This document shows, in pieces, positions 25,212 to 34,935 of a stretch of 64,000 nt of DNA. Each line of letters begins with the position of its first letter. The stretch's first letter is position 1. Location: positions 2,432,001-2,496,000 of the forward strand of contig OZ242010.1 in the NCBI GenBank assembly GCA_965204745.1, written 5' to 3'. The DNA comes from Candidatus Latescibacterota bacterium. Its GTDB lineage: Bacteria > Latescibacterota > UBA2968. The position numbers were made by a program, and so were the translations under genes. Below the pieces are notes generated by a model. The model made no database searches and had not been told where the DNA came from. It was given only the letters and a program-made list of their open reading frames with translations.

Positions 25212-27289
25212 CAGTTCGCTCCGGGAAGTTGAACCGCGAATACCGCGCCCGATGGGGCCGCGTTTGTCACGGCAATGGACCCGCCCATGCGCTCGATGTC
25301 GCGTTTTACAATCGCGAGGCCCAGGCCCGTGCCCGACGCTTTGGTCGTGTAAAACGGCTCGAAAATTCGGGCCTGATCTGCTATCCCCGGCCCGGTGTCC
25401 GCCACGCGGATTTCTATATATGGGAACGCCTGTTGCGCGGCGATGCTCAGGCGGCGATCCGCGCCCTGGCCTTCCAGTGCTTGGATGCCGTTCAAGATGA
25501 GATTGAAAAACACTTCTTTCAAGTCCTCTGAATCGCCCGTCACCACAAGGCCGTCGGGCACGTCGAGGCGGATCGCCACGTCTTGCCGCTCGGCTTCGTG
25601 GAACAGGATCAGCACCACGTCTTCGAGCACGGCTTTGATGTCGACCGACTGAAATGCCGCGCCCTGCTTGGGTTGGGCGAATTTGAGCAGGCGATCCACC
25701 ACCCGGCTCAAGCGGTCGATCTCGCGCAAGACGACGCTTAGGTCCGCGGCTTTGGGCGCGTCGTTTTGCAAATCCTCGCGCAACACGGTCGCGATGGCTT
25801 TGATCGAACTCAGGGGATTTTTCACCTCGTGCGCGATGCTCGCCGAGAGCAGGCCCAGGCCCGAGAGGCGCTCGGCTTCGTACATTTGCCGCTCGAGTTG
25901 CAACCGCCGTTCCACCAAGCGCGTGTTTTCGACCGCCAATGCGATCTGGTTGCACAAGGTGGTGAGCAAGTCCCATTCTTCAGAAAAAAAGGCCACGCCG
26001 CGCTTCTTCTCTCCCAAGCACAGCAGGCCGACGGGATTTTCCTCTTGCAAGACCGGGATGCAGAGTTGCACGCCTTGCGCGGACAGGATACCGGCCAGGG
26101 CCGCGCCGTGCAATTCCCCCGCGTACAGAGGCCGGCGGTGGGACGACAACCAGCGCACCACGCGCGCTAGCGGCACGCTGTTTTCTGCCCCGCGAAACGG
26201 GATGACCGGCGGCTCAAACCCCGGCAAGCCCCGGCTGGCGATGACCTGCACATTGCGGACGCGCGCTTTCTCGTAGTCGAACACCACCAGCGCGACCGCG
26301 TGTACCTTGAGCACTGCGCTGACCGCGTTGACCACGGACCGCAATCGCTCGTCGAGCGCGTGCGGCACGTTTAGCGTTTGGCTCAGCGCGCCGAGCAGGT
26401 GTTGATACTCGTAGCGCGCCTTAAAAAACAGGCGGTTGATCGCGCCTTGCAACCGATTCTTGACCGGCTGAAACAGGAAGATCAACAGGGAAATCAGCAC
26501 GGCCTCGACGACCTCTTCCCGAAATCCCCTGTCCAAGCGACCCACTTCTTCGGCGACGCGGCGGATGACGAGCAAGTAGATCGTCAACACGATGCCGGTC
26601 AGCGCGGAATAGAGCAACGCGGGATTGACCACGATGCGGAAAAAGCTGTATCGGTAAATGAAATAGCCCAGAATGTACGCTGGGAAAATGGGGGAGAGAA
26701 AGCGCGCCAACCGGAGCGCAGGCCCCAAAACCGGGTGCTGACCGAGCAGATAGGCAACGCCGATGAGCGCGGCGATGCCGACCAACGCAACGCCCATCAA
26801 CCGGTAAAAGGATCGATGGATCGGGGTCTCGGCGCGCGTGGCAAATCCCCGGCAGAGCTGGGCGGAAAACAGCAGTGCCGCTATCGCGTACAGGCCGAAC
26901 CCCACGCGCAGTAGCGGCACTTGAGACAGGTCGAGAAAGAAGATGATCGCGCCCGGCGCGAGGGCCAAGGGCAACGCGACTTGACGTGCGGTGGTCTTGT
27001 GCCCATCGGCAAACGCGAGCACGGTTGCGAGCAGCGCAGAGGGCAAAAAGCCCAGGCCGAGACGCGCCACTTGCCCGGCGTAGTCAACGGCCCCCGTGCC
27101 CGGCGCGGCTTGGCCGATGAGGATGCGGAGCGCGTCCCCGGTGTACCACAGCGCGCCTGCTACGATCAAGACCAACAAGGGCAGGGACGCGCCTTTGCGT
27201 TTGATCGCCGAGGCAAATATGCCCCACAACAACGCGGCGGCAATACCCCCGCCGATGAGCCAAATCGTTTCGTATGGCGATAGGTGCAT
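25211..27289 (-). CDS. Membrane sensor histidine kinase with GAF domain (PrsK-like architecture)
   Basis: Multiple TM helices, GAF, H-box IAHEVKNPL, N-box NLILNG, DTGPGI, GTGLGL. Confidence 0.92.
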   Translation of the reverse strand: MHLSPYETIWLIGGGIAAALLWGIFASAIKRKGASLPLLVLIVAGALWYTGDALRILIGQAAPGTGAVDYAGQVARLGLGFLPSALLATVLAFADGHKTTARQVALPLALAPGAIIFFLDLSQVPLLRVGFGLYAIAALLFSAQLCRGFATRAETPIHRSFYRLMGVALVGIAALIGVAYLLGQHPVLGPALRLARFLSPIFPAYILGYFIYRYSFFRIVVNPALLYSALTGIVLTIYLLVIRRVAEEVGRLDRGFREEVVEAVLISLLIFLFQPVKNRLQGAINRLFFKARYEYQHLLGALSQTLNVPHALDERLRSVVNAVSAVLKVHAVALVVFDYEKARVRNVQVIASRGLPGFEPPVIPFRGAENSVPLARVVRWLSSHRRPLYAGELHGAALAGILSAQGVQLCIPVLQEENPVGLLCLGEKKRGVAFFSEEWDLLTTLCNQIALAVENTRLVERRLQLERQMYEAERLSGLGLLSASIAHEVKNPLSSIKAIATVLREDLQNDAPKAADLSVVLREIDRLSRVVDRLLKFAQPKQGAAFQSVDIKAVLEDVVLILFHEAERQDVAIRLDVPDGLVVTGDSEDLKEVFFNLILNGIQALEGQGADRRLSIAAQQAFPYIEIRVADTGPGIADQARIFEPFYTTKASGTGLGLAIVKRDIERMGGSIAVTNAAPSGAVFAVQLPGAN

Positions 27290-27666
27290 GATCGGTCTTT
27301 CAAAAAAGTTATGACCCCTCGTCTCCCCGCAATGGGAGGCGAGATGTTCTCCCACTGATGGCTTAGGGACCTATCCCCCGGCCCCGTTATTCGCTTCGCT
27401 CATTGTAGGCTACGCCCGTGCCTACGAGGAAAGGGGAGTAAAGTTCCTTTAATGGCTTCTCGCTCTGGTTGCTCTGATGGCGTTGACCGAGGGCATAAAG
27501 CGATTAAAAATCCCTCACCATTCCCCCTTGTATCTTGTATCTTGGAAGTATCTTGTGAATGGGCTGTTGGGTGGGGACTGACCACTGACCACTGTCTCTT
27601 GCCTCTCCCGTCTTATATCTTTGGACGGGCACGGGGGGGGCACCGCCCCTACGTTTCTATCCTCGC

Positions 27667-27922
27667 CTCTTGCCTCTCACTTCTCACTTCTCACTTCTTG
27701 CCTCTCACTTCTCACTTCTCACTTCTCACTTCTTGCCTCTCACTTCTCACTTCTCACTTCTCACTTCTTGCCTCTCACTTCTCACTTCTCACTTCTCACT
27801 TCTTGCCTCTCACTTCTCACTTCTCACTTCTCACTTCTTGCCTCTCACTTCTCACTTCTCACTTCTCACTTCTTGCCTCTCACTTCTCACTTCTCACTTC
27901 TTGCCTCTCACTTCTCACTTCT
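27667..27922. repeat. Heptamer tandem repeat (TCTCACT)n punctuated by TCTTGCC
   Basis: About 36 seven-bp units in a pyrimidine-rich tract ending ~14 bp before dusA. Confidence 0.95.
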
Positions 27923-27936
27923 GTTGGATTTTCATA

Positions 27937-28911
27937 ATGGCTATTGGAAGCAGCAGGCGATTTTCCATCGCGCCCATGATGGATTGCACGGATCGGCACG
28001 AGCGGTATTTCTTGCGCCTGATCTCCCGCCGCGTTTTGCTCTACACCGAAATGGTCGCCACCGGCGCGATCATCCACGGCGACCGCACGCGCTTGTTGGC
28101 ATTTGATGCGTTTGAACACCCCTTGGCCTTGCAATTAGGCGGCAGCGACCCGGCCGAACTCGCGTTGTGCGCCAAAGTGGGGGAAGATTGGGGCTATGAC
28201 GAGATCAACCTGAACGTGGGATGCCCGAGTGACCGCGTGCAATCCGGGCGGTTTGGCGCGTGCTTGATGGCAGAACCCGAGCGGGTGCGCGACTGCATCG
28301 CCGCCATGCGAGACGCCGTGCGTATTCCCGTGACCGTGAAAACCCGAATTGGCATTGACGACCGCGATTCCTATGAAGAACTGGCGCGTTTTGTCGAGAC
28401 AGTCGCCGAATCCGGGTGCGCGGTCTTTGCATTTCACGCACGCAAAGCCTGGCTACGGGGGTTGAGTCCAAAGCAAAACCGGGAGGTGCCGCCCTTGTGT
28501 TACGACGTGGTCTATCGCATCGAGCGCGAGTTTTCAGATTTGGAGGTGGTGATCAATGGCGGGATTACCTCCCTCGACGCGGCAGCCGCGCATTTGGCAC
28601 ATGTCGATGGGGTGATGATCGGGCGCGAAGCCTATTCAAATCCCTATTTTCTCTCTGACGTGGATCATCGGTTTTTCGGCGACGCCCGCGCCATACCGTC
28701 TCGGCACGAAATTTTGCAGGCATTTTTGCCTTACGTGTCCGATCAACTCGCCCGCGGCGTTCGATTGCATCACATCGCACGGCATCTCACGGGCTTGTTT
28801 GCCGGCGTGCCGGGTGCAAAGACCTGGCGACGCCATCTCGGGGAAAACGCATCCAAAACCGGCGCGGGAATCGAAGTTCTAAAATCCGCAGCGCGTGCTG
28901 TGAATCCATAA
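27937..28911 (+). CDS. dusA: tRNA-dihydrouridine(20/20a) synthase
   Basis: [64 protein letters not shown]. Confidence 0.95.
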   Translation: MAIGSSRRFSIAPMMDCTDRHERYFLRLISRRVLLYTEMVATGAIIHGDRTRLLAFDAFEHPLALQLGGSDPAELALCAKVGEDWGYDEINLNVGCPSDRVQSGRFGACLMAEPERVRDCIAAMRDAVRIPVTVKTRIGIDDRDSYEELARFVETVAESGCAVFAFHARKAWLRGLSPKQNREVPPLCYDVVYRIEREFSDLEVVINGGITSLDAAAAHLAHVDGVMIGREAYSNPYFLSDVDHRFFGDARAIPSRHEILQAFLPYVSDQLARGVRLHHIARHLTGLFAGVPGAKTWRRHLGENASKTGAGIEVLKSAARAVNP

Positions 28912-29005
28912 AATATTCTTGCCCTTGACTTGTTACAACTGTATTCTTAAGGTTACGCACGATGACTATGGGAATGCAGGTTGCGTCGAAGAGGATAATC
29001 ACGCC

Positions 29006-29644
29006 ATGACAGCATCAAAACTCAACTCCGAGTCCTTAGTGGCTCGCATCATCAAAGAACTTCAGGCCAACCCCGATGCTCAGACCCTCTTGTTGCGTGC
29101 GTTGCTCACCAACGAATTTCTCGGCATACCCATACGCTTGGAGCGCGTCGAAGCCGACATTGTAGAACTCAAAGCCGATGTCGCTCAACTCAAAACCGAT
29201 GTCGCGGTGCTCAAGGAGGATGTTTTGGAAATGAAACTCCACCGAAGGATTCGGCCGCTTCTCAGTCAGCGGCTCAACCTTCGCAAGGCGCGGATGATGC
29301 AAAGCCCTGTGCAAGACACCAGTCCCGAACTTTTCGAGCCGGTTGATGATGCCTTCGACAAGGGCATCATCACCGACCCGCAGGAAACCCGGATCAGTGA
29401 AACGGACCTCATTCTTCGCGCACAGCGCAAAGATGATCGCGTCGTGGTCTGGGTGGCTGTCGAAGTGTCCAATGACATCGGTCAGCGCGACATTGAGCGA
29501 GCGCGTCAGGCCGCCGATGCCTTGAGCGTCGTATTCCCCCAAGACGCCCTGGCTGTCGTTGCAGGCTATCGCATTCATCCCCAAGACCAAGTGCGAGCGG
29601 ATACCACAGATGTTCATGCCCTCCTCATTGAGGAGAACAGCTAG
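29006..29644 (+). CDS. Hypothetical protein: short coiled coil + PD-(D/E)XK-like C-terminal domain
   Basis: LKADVAQLKTDVAVLK heptads; TDLIL...VAVEVS...DIERA motif. Confidence 0.6.
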   Translation: MTASKLNSESLVARIIKELQANPDAQTLLLRALLTNEFLGIPIRLERVEADIVELKADVAQLKTDVAVLKEDVLEMKLHRRIRPLLSQRLNLRKARMMQSPVQDTSPELFEPVDDAFDKGIITDPQETRISETDLILRAQRKDDRVVVWVAVEVSNDIGQRDIERARQAADALSVVFPQDALAVVAGYRIHPQDQVRADTTDVHALLIEENS

Positions 29645-29673
29645 AAACGGGTGTTTTTCATCTCGGCGCACCG

Positions 29674-31074
29674 ATGATGTTTTGCCGGAACACGCGGACG
29701 AATGCAGAGGAGCTCACAGGGATGTTCTTAAAAGCGTTACAGAGTCGCGGGGCCATTGTCGTCTGGGCAGACAGGGCATCCTATTGGATTTTTGTGTTGC
29801 TCTTGGGCTACATCTCCCTCGTGCCTTTCTACTACCTGCAACCCCTGTCGCTGGAAAGGGTTTCGTTCCATTTTTTTAAGTATTTGCCCTTTTTGCTCTG
29901 CGTCGCCCTAACCGTAGCGCGGTTGATCGTTATACGACAGTGGCGCGGGATGGTGGATAAAACGGATTGGGCGATGGGGGTCTATCTCCTCTGTTGTTGC
30001 TCGAGCTTAATCGGGGCTAAGTATCCCGGGATTGGCGCGGCTAAACTCATCTACTACTCGGTTACGGGCATATACATGTTTTACATCGCGCAAAGTTTTG
30101 ACGCTGCTACTCTGTACAAAATTCTGCGCTGGGTCGCTTGGTTCAGCGGGTGCGTTGCCATCTATGGCGTCGTTTCGTACCTCGTCGGCACGGATTTTCT
30201 TTGGGACAGATGGCGCGATGCCACGCATTATTATGGTGGACCGTATAGGCTATCTTCGACTCTCGGCAATCCGATGTTCTTGGGCGGATTTATCTGCCTG
30301 ACCGCCCCTATTTTGGTCGGCGAGATCTTTGTCGCCCGTGTAAACCTGTACCGGGCCTTGGTTTTCGTTGGGGTAATGGCAATGGCGATAAGCCTGATGC
30401 TGACGGTGACTCGAAGTGCCTGGGTCGCCGCTGTTTTTATGACCGCGTTGTGGCTTGGCTTATGCAGATACCCGTGCAGGGCCGTTCAGATCGGTATTGG
30501 AGTCGTTGCTTCCGTTTTGCTACTGGCACCTGTGGTTAGCCTTTCGGTCCCCGAGAAGATAACTCAAACGACGGAGTACATCGGGAATAGGATTGGGTCC
30601 ACTGGGCTTGACAATGACACTATCTGGCTACGATTAAAGATGTTAGAGATCGGGGCTACTGAAATTGTCAGTCAGCCACTGTTGGGTCTGGGGTTTGGCA
30701 ATTTTACGCGGGTCTTTGTCGAACGACATCAAAGGGCCTATGAGTCGTACCAAAGGACCTTTCGGACTGATACATCCATTTCCAAAGACCACTCGTTGGA
30801 GAATATGTACCTTATGTTCACGGTTGAGACGGGATTGGTCAGTTTGGGGGCAATGCTATTTTTTTTGTACAAGCGTCTTGCCTGCCTCCGCCATGTTTTC
30901 AGCGTGACCGAAGATCGACAGCAACTGCTCGCTCTACTGGCGATCTTCATCGGAGTATGCGGTTTTTTGTTGCAAATTTTGGCTTGGGATGGGCTGAACC
31001 AACCTGCTACGAGGATTCTCTTTTGGAGTTTGTTGGGAACGGCCTGCGGCATTGCTCGATATACCAACGATTGA
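29674..31074 (+). CDS. O-antigen ligase family membrane protein
   Basis: RLSSTLGNP, LTVTRSAW, PLLGLGFGNF, ENMYL...ETG; start uncertain. Confidence 0.8.
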   Translation: MMFCRNTRTNAEELTGMFLKALQSRGAIVVWADRASYWIFVLLLGYISLVPFYYLQPLSLERVSFHFFKYLPFLLCVALTVARLIVIRQWRGMVDKTDWAMGVYLLCCCSSLIGAKYPGIGAAKLIYYSVTGIYMFYIAQSFDAATLYKILRWVAWFSGCVAIYGVVSYLVGTDFLWDRWRDATHYYGGPYRLSSTLGNPMFLGGFICLTAPILVGEIFVARVNLYRALVFVGVMAMAISLMLTVTRSAWVAAVFMTALWLGLCRYPCRAVQIGIGVVASVLLLAPVVSLSVPEKITQTTEYIGNRIGSTGLDNDTIWLRLKMLEIGATEIVSQPLLGLGFGNFTRVFVERHQRAYESYQRTFRTDTSISKDHSLENMYLMFTVETGLVSLGAMLFFLYKRLACLRHVFSVTEDRQQLLALLAIFIGVCGFLLQILAWDGLNQPATRILFWSLLGTACGIARYTND

Positions 31075-31092
31075 TTTTAGGACATATAAACT

Positions 31093-32307
31093 ATGAAACT
31101 GGCATTCTGGATGCTTGCCATCATAATTCTGCTCAACCTGAACGGCGCGGTTTATCTGGTATTTGAAAAGCCGCGAATGTTCACCCCCATAATAGCTATC
31201 TGCTGTTTGATCCTGATTCAGGCATGTCTGCACAGCGTTTCATTGAAAAAAGCCCTTGGAATTTCCGGATTTTTGATCGTCGCGGCTTTGGTATCCTATC
31301 TCTATATAAGTTGTTTCATGGCCTTTGTTAATGCCTCTTGGGAAAAGGGCTATTCCGCTGGAATTCTGATAGGACATCTCTTTTCTGTTATTACAATCAT
31401 CGCTGTTGCTATTGGCGGGCGGGTGGTGATTCGCCAAGCAGGCCCTGAGCCTGTACTAAAAGCAATCCTCGTATTACTGACCTTAGATGGCATTCTTATC
31501 TTGGCATCTTCCAGAATATACGACAACACTAATCTAGAACGGACTCATCCAGACCAGCAATTTGGCCCGTTCTTAGATCCCAACGGCGCAGGACTTATTG
31601 GATGCGCGACGATCGTACTGGCCCTATCGTTCTTTAGTCTGAAGCAACATCGAAAGTTTGCTTACTTGGCTTTAACCGTGGGCGTATTGACAATCATTGA
31701 AACAGGCTCTCGATCAGCTATAATCTCTTTTATATTTTTTATTCTATATTCTATATTCTATAATTTCGGCGTACTAAGATTCGTTCTCAAAGGGTCTGTC
31801 TTTATGATCTTGTGTTGCATCCTTTTCCTGTCCCAGTCTCAATTGTACGGATTAGCGAGGTTAAGTTTGTCAGGAACATCAGAGGATTATTCGACACATC
31901 TACGTTTGGAGATTTTGCCTTTGGCTTTGGAGCAAATATTTGAATCCCCCATCTTTGGTCTCGGTATCGGGAAAATGTATAGCGTTGAGAACGCGCCTCC
32001 TAACGATATAGCAACTGATCGGGGTTTTGGTGTTCACAATAATTATCTTCTTTTTTGGGGAGAGGGTGGCATTATCCCGGTAACATTGTTCTTGTTGTTT
32101 TTTATTTATTTATTGTTATTTTCGTTGACAATTCCTAACCCCGTTGTGAGAAACACCGTTTTCGGCTGGGTTTTAACAATTGCCATCTTTTGTTTAGCTC
32201 ATCACACAATATTCCTAAAGAGAACAGTCGCCTTTCTCATCGGTTTGAGTTGTGCCTTAGTGGGCTTTGGCAACTATGTAGGGACTAAACAAGACAGTGA
32301 ATCATGA
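31093..32307 (+). CDS. O-antigen ligase / Wzy polymerase family protein
   Basis: DPNGAG, TGSRS, SPIFGLG, HNNYL...GEGG. Confidence 0.8.
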   Translation: MKLAFWMLAIIILLNLNGAVYLVFEKPRMFTPIIAICCLILIQACLHSVSLKKALGISGFLIVAALVSYLYISCFMAFVNASWEKGYSAGILIGHLFSVITIIAVAIGGRVVIRQAGPEPVLKAILVLLTLDGILILASSRIYDNTNLERTHPDQQFGPFLDPNGAGLIGCATIVLALSFFSLKQHRKFAYLALTVGVLTIIETGSRSAIISFIFFILYSIFYNFGVLRFVLKGSVFMILCCILFLSQSQLYGLARLSLSGTSEDYSTHLRLEILPLALEQIFESPIFGLGIGKMYSVENAPPNDIATDRGFGVHNNYLLFWGEGGIIPVTLFLLFFIYLLLFSLTIPNPVVRNTVFGWVLTIAIFCLAHHTIFLKRTVAFLIGLSCALVGFGNYVGTKQDSES

Positions 32308-33820
32308 GAGCACGCAAAACCTGATCGCAAGGACGCAGACAGGACTGAAATGGTCTTCCTTGGCGACTGCTATCCAAGCAGTGCTGGCAGTGCTGATCCT
32401 GTCGATCCTGTCGCGTCTGCTTTCGCCAACCGATTTCGGACTATACGGCATCGCGTTGATCATTGTGGGCTTTGCGGAAACGGCTATCAAGTGCAGCGTT
32501 AGTCCCTCTGTCGTGCAACGGCTTGAACTGACGGATCAACACATTGAGGTCGCTTTCACAATTTCGATGGTGATCGGCACTGTCATAGCCGCGGGAACCT
32601 GGTTGTTCGCACCGTTTTGTGGCACGCTCTTCAGCGAGCCGATAATTTCTGAAATACTTAGGATGCTGTCGGTCGTGTTGACAATTGTAGGCGTTGGGGC
32701 CGTGCCGGAGTACTTGCTCAGTCGGCATCTTCAATTCAAAAATCTGATGACAGCCAATATCCTGTCGCAAGTGATTGGCAGTGGCCTCACGGCTATTGTT
32801 CTGGCTCTCTTGGGATTTGGCGTGTGGTCTCTTGTCTGGGGCAAAGCCGTGCATCAAGCGGTATATACCGCGATGATTATCCGATGCAAGCCGCTGTCTC
32901 TCCAACTCCGTTTGACCGTGCGAGAGACAATGGATCTCCTCGGCTACAGTACCGGGATTTTTCTCTCTTTGATCTTTTATTTTATTGCCCAGCAAGGCCC
33001 CTCCTTCATCATTGGACGCTGGTTGGGAGCCGCTTCGCTCGGTTACTACACGCGGGCTTGGTCGTTGATCGCATTGCCCATCCGATTCAACCACGCCTTG
33101 CTCCATGTCCTGTTCCCCGCCTTGTCAGCGCGGCAAAAACAGACGGCCCGCCTGCGCGTCGTCTATCTTCACGGTATCGAGATATTGCTCCTCGCGGCAG
33201 TACCCATAAGCATGATGTTGTTCATAAGCAACACTGAGCTCGTCGCCATCATCTTGGGTGGACAATGGCATGCCGTTGTTCCCATCATTCAGATTTTTGC
33301 GTTGGCAATCCTGTGCTTCACATGCGACGCCATAAATATTCCCCTCATGCGAGCACTAGGCGCGACATATGGCGAAGCTTGGCGGCAAGCGATATTCGCG
33401 TTGCTCGCCATCACCGGTGCTTGGCTCGGAAGTCACTGGGGCTTGGTGGGTGTTACCGTAGCCATCCTGGGGGCCTTGCTCACGGTTCATATACTCATGA
33501 CGCAGTTGGTATTGTCTCTTCTCGAACTGAACTGGCGTCATTTCCTCCGAGGTCATTTGCCGGCGTTTTGGGTTGCTACTTGGATTGCGCCAGTACTGTG
33601 GCTGACAGCACGACAAGCACGAGCGGTTTCGCTTCCGGCGTGGCTGTCGCTCGTTATCGAATGTTTAGCCTGCATCGCCGCCTTTGTTCTCGCGGTGTAC
33701 TTTTCCCCTCGGTTTGCTCGTCCTAGATCCATCGGCTGGATCCTGGCGAATGTTCATTTCGATGCCTTTGGCACGCCCGGCCACTTACTTCACAGCGCAC
33801 TCGCACGGATGGAACGCTAA
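32297..33820 (+). CDS. wzx: Polysaccharide flippase (PST family)
   Basis: LSRLLSPTDFG, GFGVWSLV, LGYYTRA; many TM helices. Confidence 0.85.
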   Translation: MNHESTQNLIARTQTGLKWSSLATAIQAVLAVLILSILSRLLSPTDFGLYGIALIIVGFAETAIKCSVSPSVVQRLELTDQHIEVAFTISMVIGTVIAAGTWLFAPFCGTLFSEPIISEILRMLSVVLTIVGVGAVPEYLLSRHLQFKNLMTANILSQVIGSGLTAIVLALLGFGVWSLVWGKAVHQAVYTAMIIRCKPLSLQLRLTVRETMDLLGYSTGIFLSLIFYFIAQQGPSFIIGRWLGAASLGYYTRAWSLIALPIRFNHALLHVLFPALSARQKQTARLRVVYLHGIEILLLAAVPISMMLFISNTELVAIILGGQWHAVVPIIQIFALAILCFTCDAINIPLMRALGATYGEAWRQAIFALLAITGAWLGSHWGLVGVTVAILGALLTVHILMTQLVLSLLELNWRHFLRGHLPAFWVATWIAPVLWLTARQARAVSLPAWLSLVIECLACIAAFVLAVYFSPRFARPRSIGWILANVHFDAFGTPGHLLHSALARMER

Positions 33821-33840
33821 CTCACAAAGGAGACGCAAAA

Positions 33841-34920
33841 ATGAAAATATTGATCGTCGTTTATGATTGTGGTGGCGGCATCGCGCGAGGGATTGCCAAC
33901 TTGAGGCCTGAGTGGGCAAAGTTGCACGACGTGACTATCGCGCTTTCATATGCGTCGCATTCGACTTTCCAACTTGAAGGGCGTACCGTCGAACTCAAGA
34001 CACCAGCGTCGGACAGCAGTAGATTGCGGAAAATCTATGGAGCTATGACGCGATCTGTGCGCCTGATGAAGCTGTTTCGAGACGAGTGTCCGAATCTCAT
34101 TATTTCATTTGGAGAGAACGCCAATTTTTCCGCCATTATCGCCGCGGCCTCAACGGGCTATCTGGATCGGCTCCGGGTGAGTATGCAGGGGCGGATTGAA
34201 GATTCCGCCTTTGCTTTTGTTTATCGCGCCCTGCTTCCATGGATGTACCGCTTCCCCTCTCGCGTTATTGCCGCCTCCAAAGGACTGGAAAGGATGCTAA
34301 TATCGAGGGGTGTTCCAGCCGGAAAGATATTGGTTTGCCCCAACGCCACCCCCATTTGCAAAACAGACGTTAGAGTCACCGAACGCGAATCGGTCTCACC
34401 GTTACCGAACCGCTACCTATTGGGAGCCGGGCGGCTCTCCCGGCAGAAGCGTTTTGAGCGGCTCTTGAAGGCATTTAGTGATCTCGATAGAGAAGATCTC
34501 CATCTAGCTATTATCGGCGAAGGTGAAAAGCGACAGTTGCTCATCGACTTGGCGCGAAAGTTAAATATAGGGGAACGCGTGCATTTCCCCGGATTCGTCG
34601 CCGATGTTGATACTTGGTACCGGCACGCGGAGTGTTTCGTGCTGAGTTCCGATAATGAAGGATGGCCGAACGTGCTGATGGAGGCCATGGCGAACGGATG
34701 TCCTGTCGTCAGCTTCGATTGCAAGTACGGACCTTCGGAGATCATCGAAGATGGTAAAAGTGGGCTACTGATCAAGGAAGGAGATGTCGCAGGACTGACC
34801 AGGGCGATTGCCCGGGTTCTCGATAGCGAAACCTTGCGGCGAAACCTCGCTATCGAAGGGATGAAGAGGGTAAAAATGTTCAACTTCGAGGAAATCGTAG
34901 CGCGTTGGTTGCGGGCATAG
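33841..34920 (+). CDS. Glycosyltransferase family 4
   Basis: GRLSRQK, EGWPNVLMEAMANG. Confidence 0.9.
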   Translation: MKILIVVYDCGGGIARGIANLRPEWAKLHDVTIALSYASHSTFQLEGRTVELKTPASDSSRLRKIYGAMTRSVRLMKLFRDECPNLIISFGENANFSAIIAAASTGYLDRLRVSMQGRIEDSAFAFVYRALLPWMYRFPSRVIAASKGLERMLISRGVPAGKILVCPNATPICKTDVRVTERESVSPLPNRYLLGAGRLSRQKRFERLLKAFSDLDREDLHLAIIGEGEKRQLLIDLARKLNIGERVHFPGFVADVDTWYRHAECFVLSSDNEGWPNVLMEAMANGCPVVSFDCKYGPSEIIEDGKSGLLIKEGDVAGLTRAIARVLDSETLRRNLAIEGMKRVKMFNFEEIVARWLRA

Positions 34921-34935
34921 GGAAAAATTATACAC

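Noticed and set aside
25212-25976. N-terminal extension of the 720-aa ORF 23814-25976
   Set aside because: It overlaps the histidine kinase in another frame; the regulator starts at the coupled ATG at 25211.
27452-27937. ORFs with LTSHFSL repeats, including a 413-aa extended DusA
   Set aside because: These are translations of the heptamer microsatellite; DusA homology begins at the ATG at 27937.
27937-28000. dusA-associated integrative island
   Set aside because: No tyrosine integrase or duplicated dusA fragment is visible.
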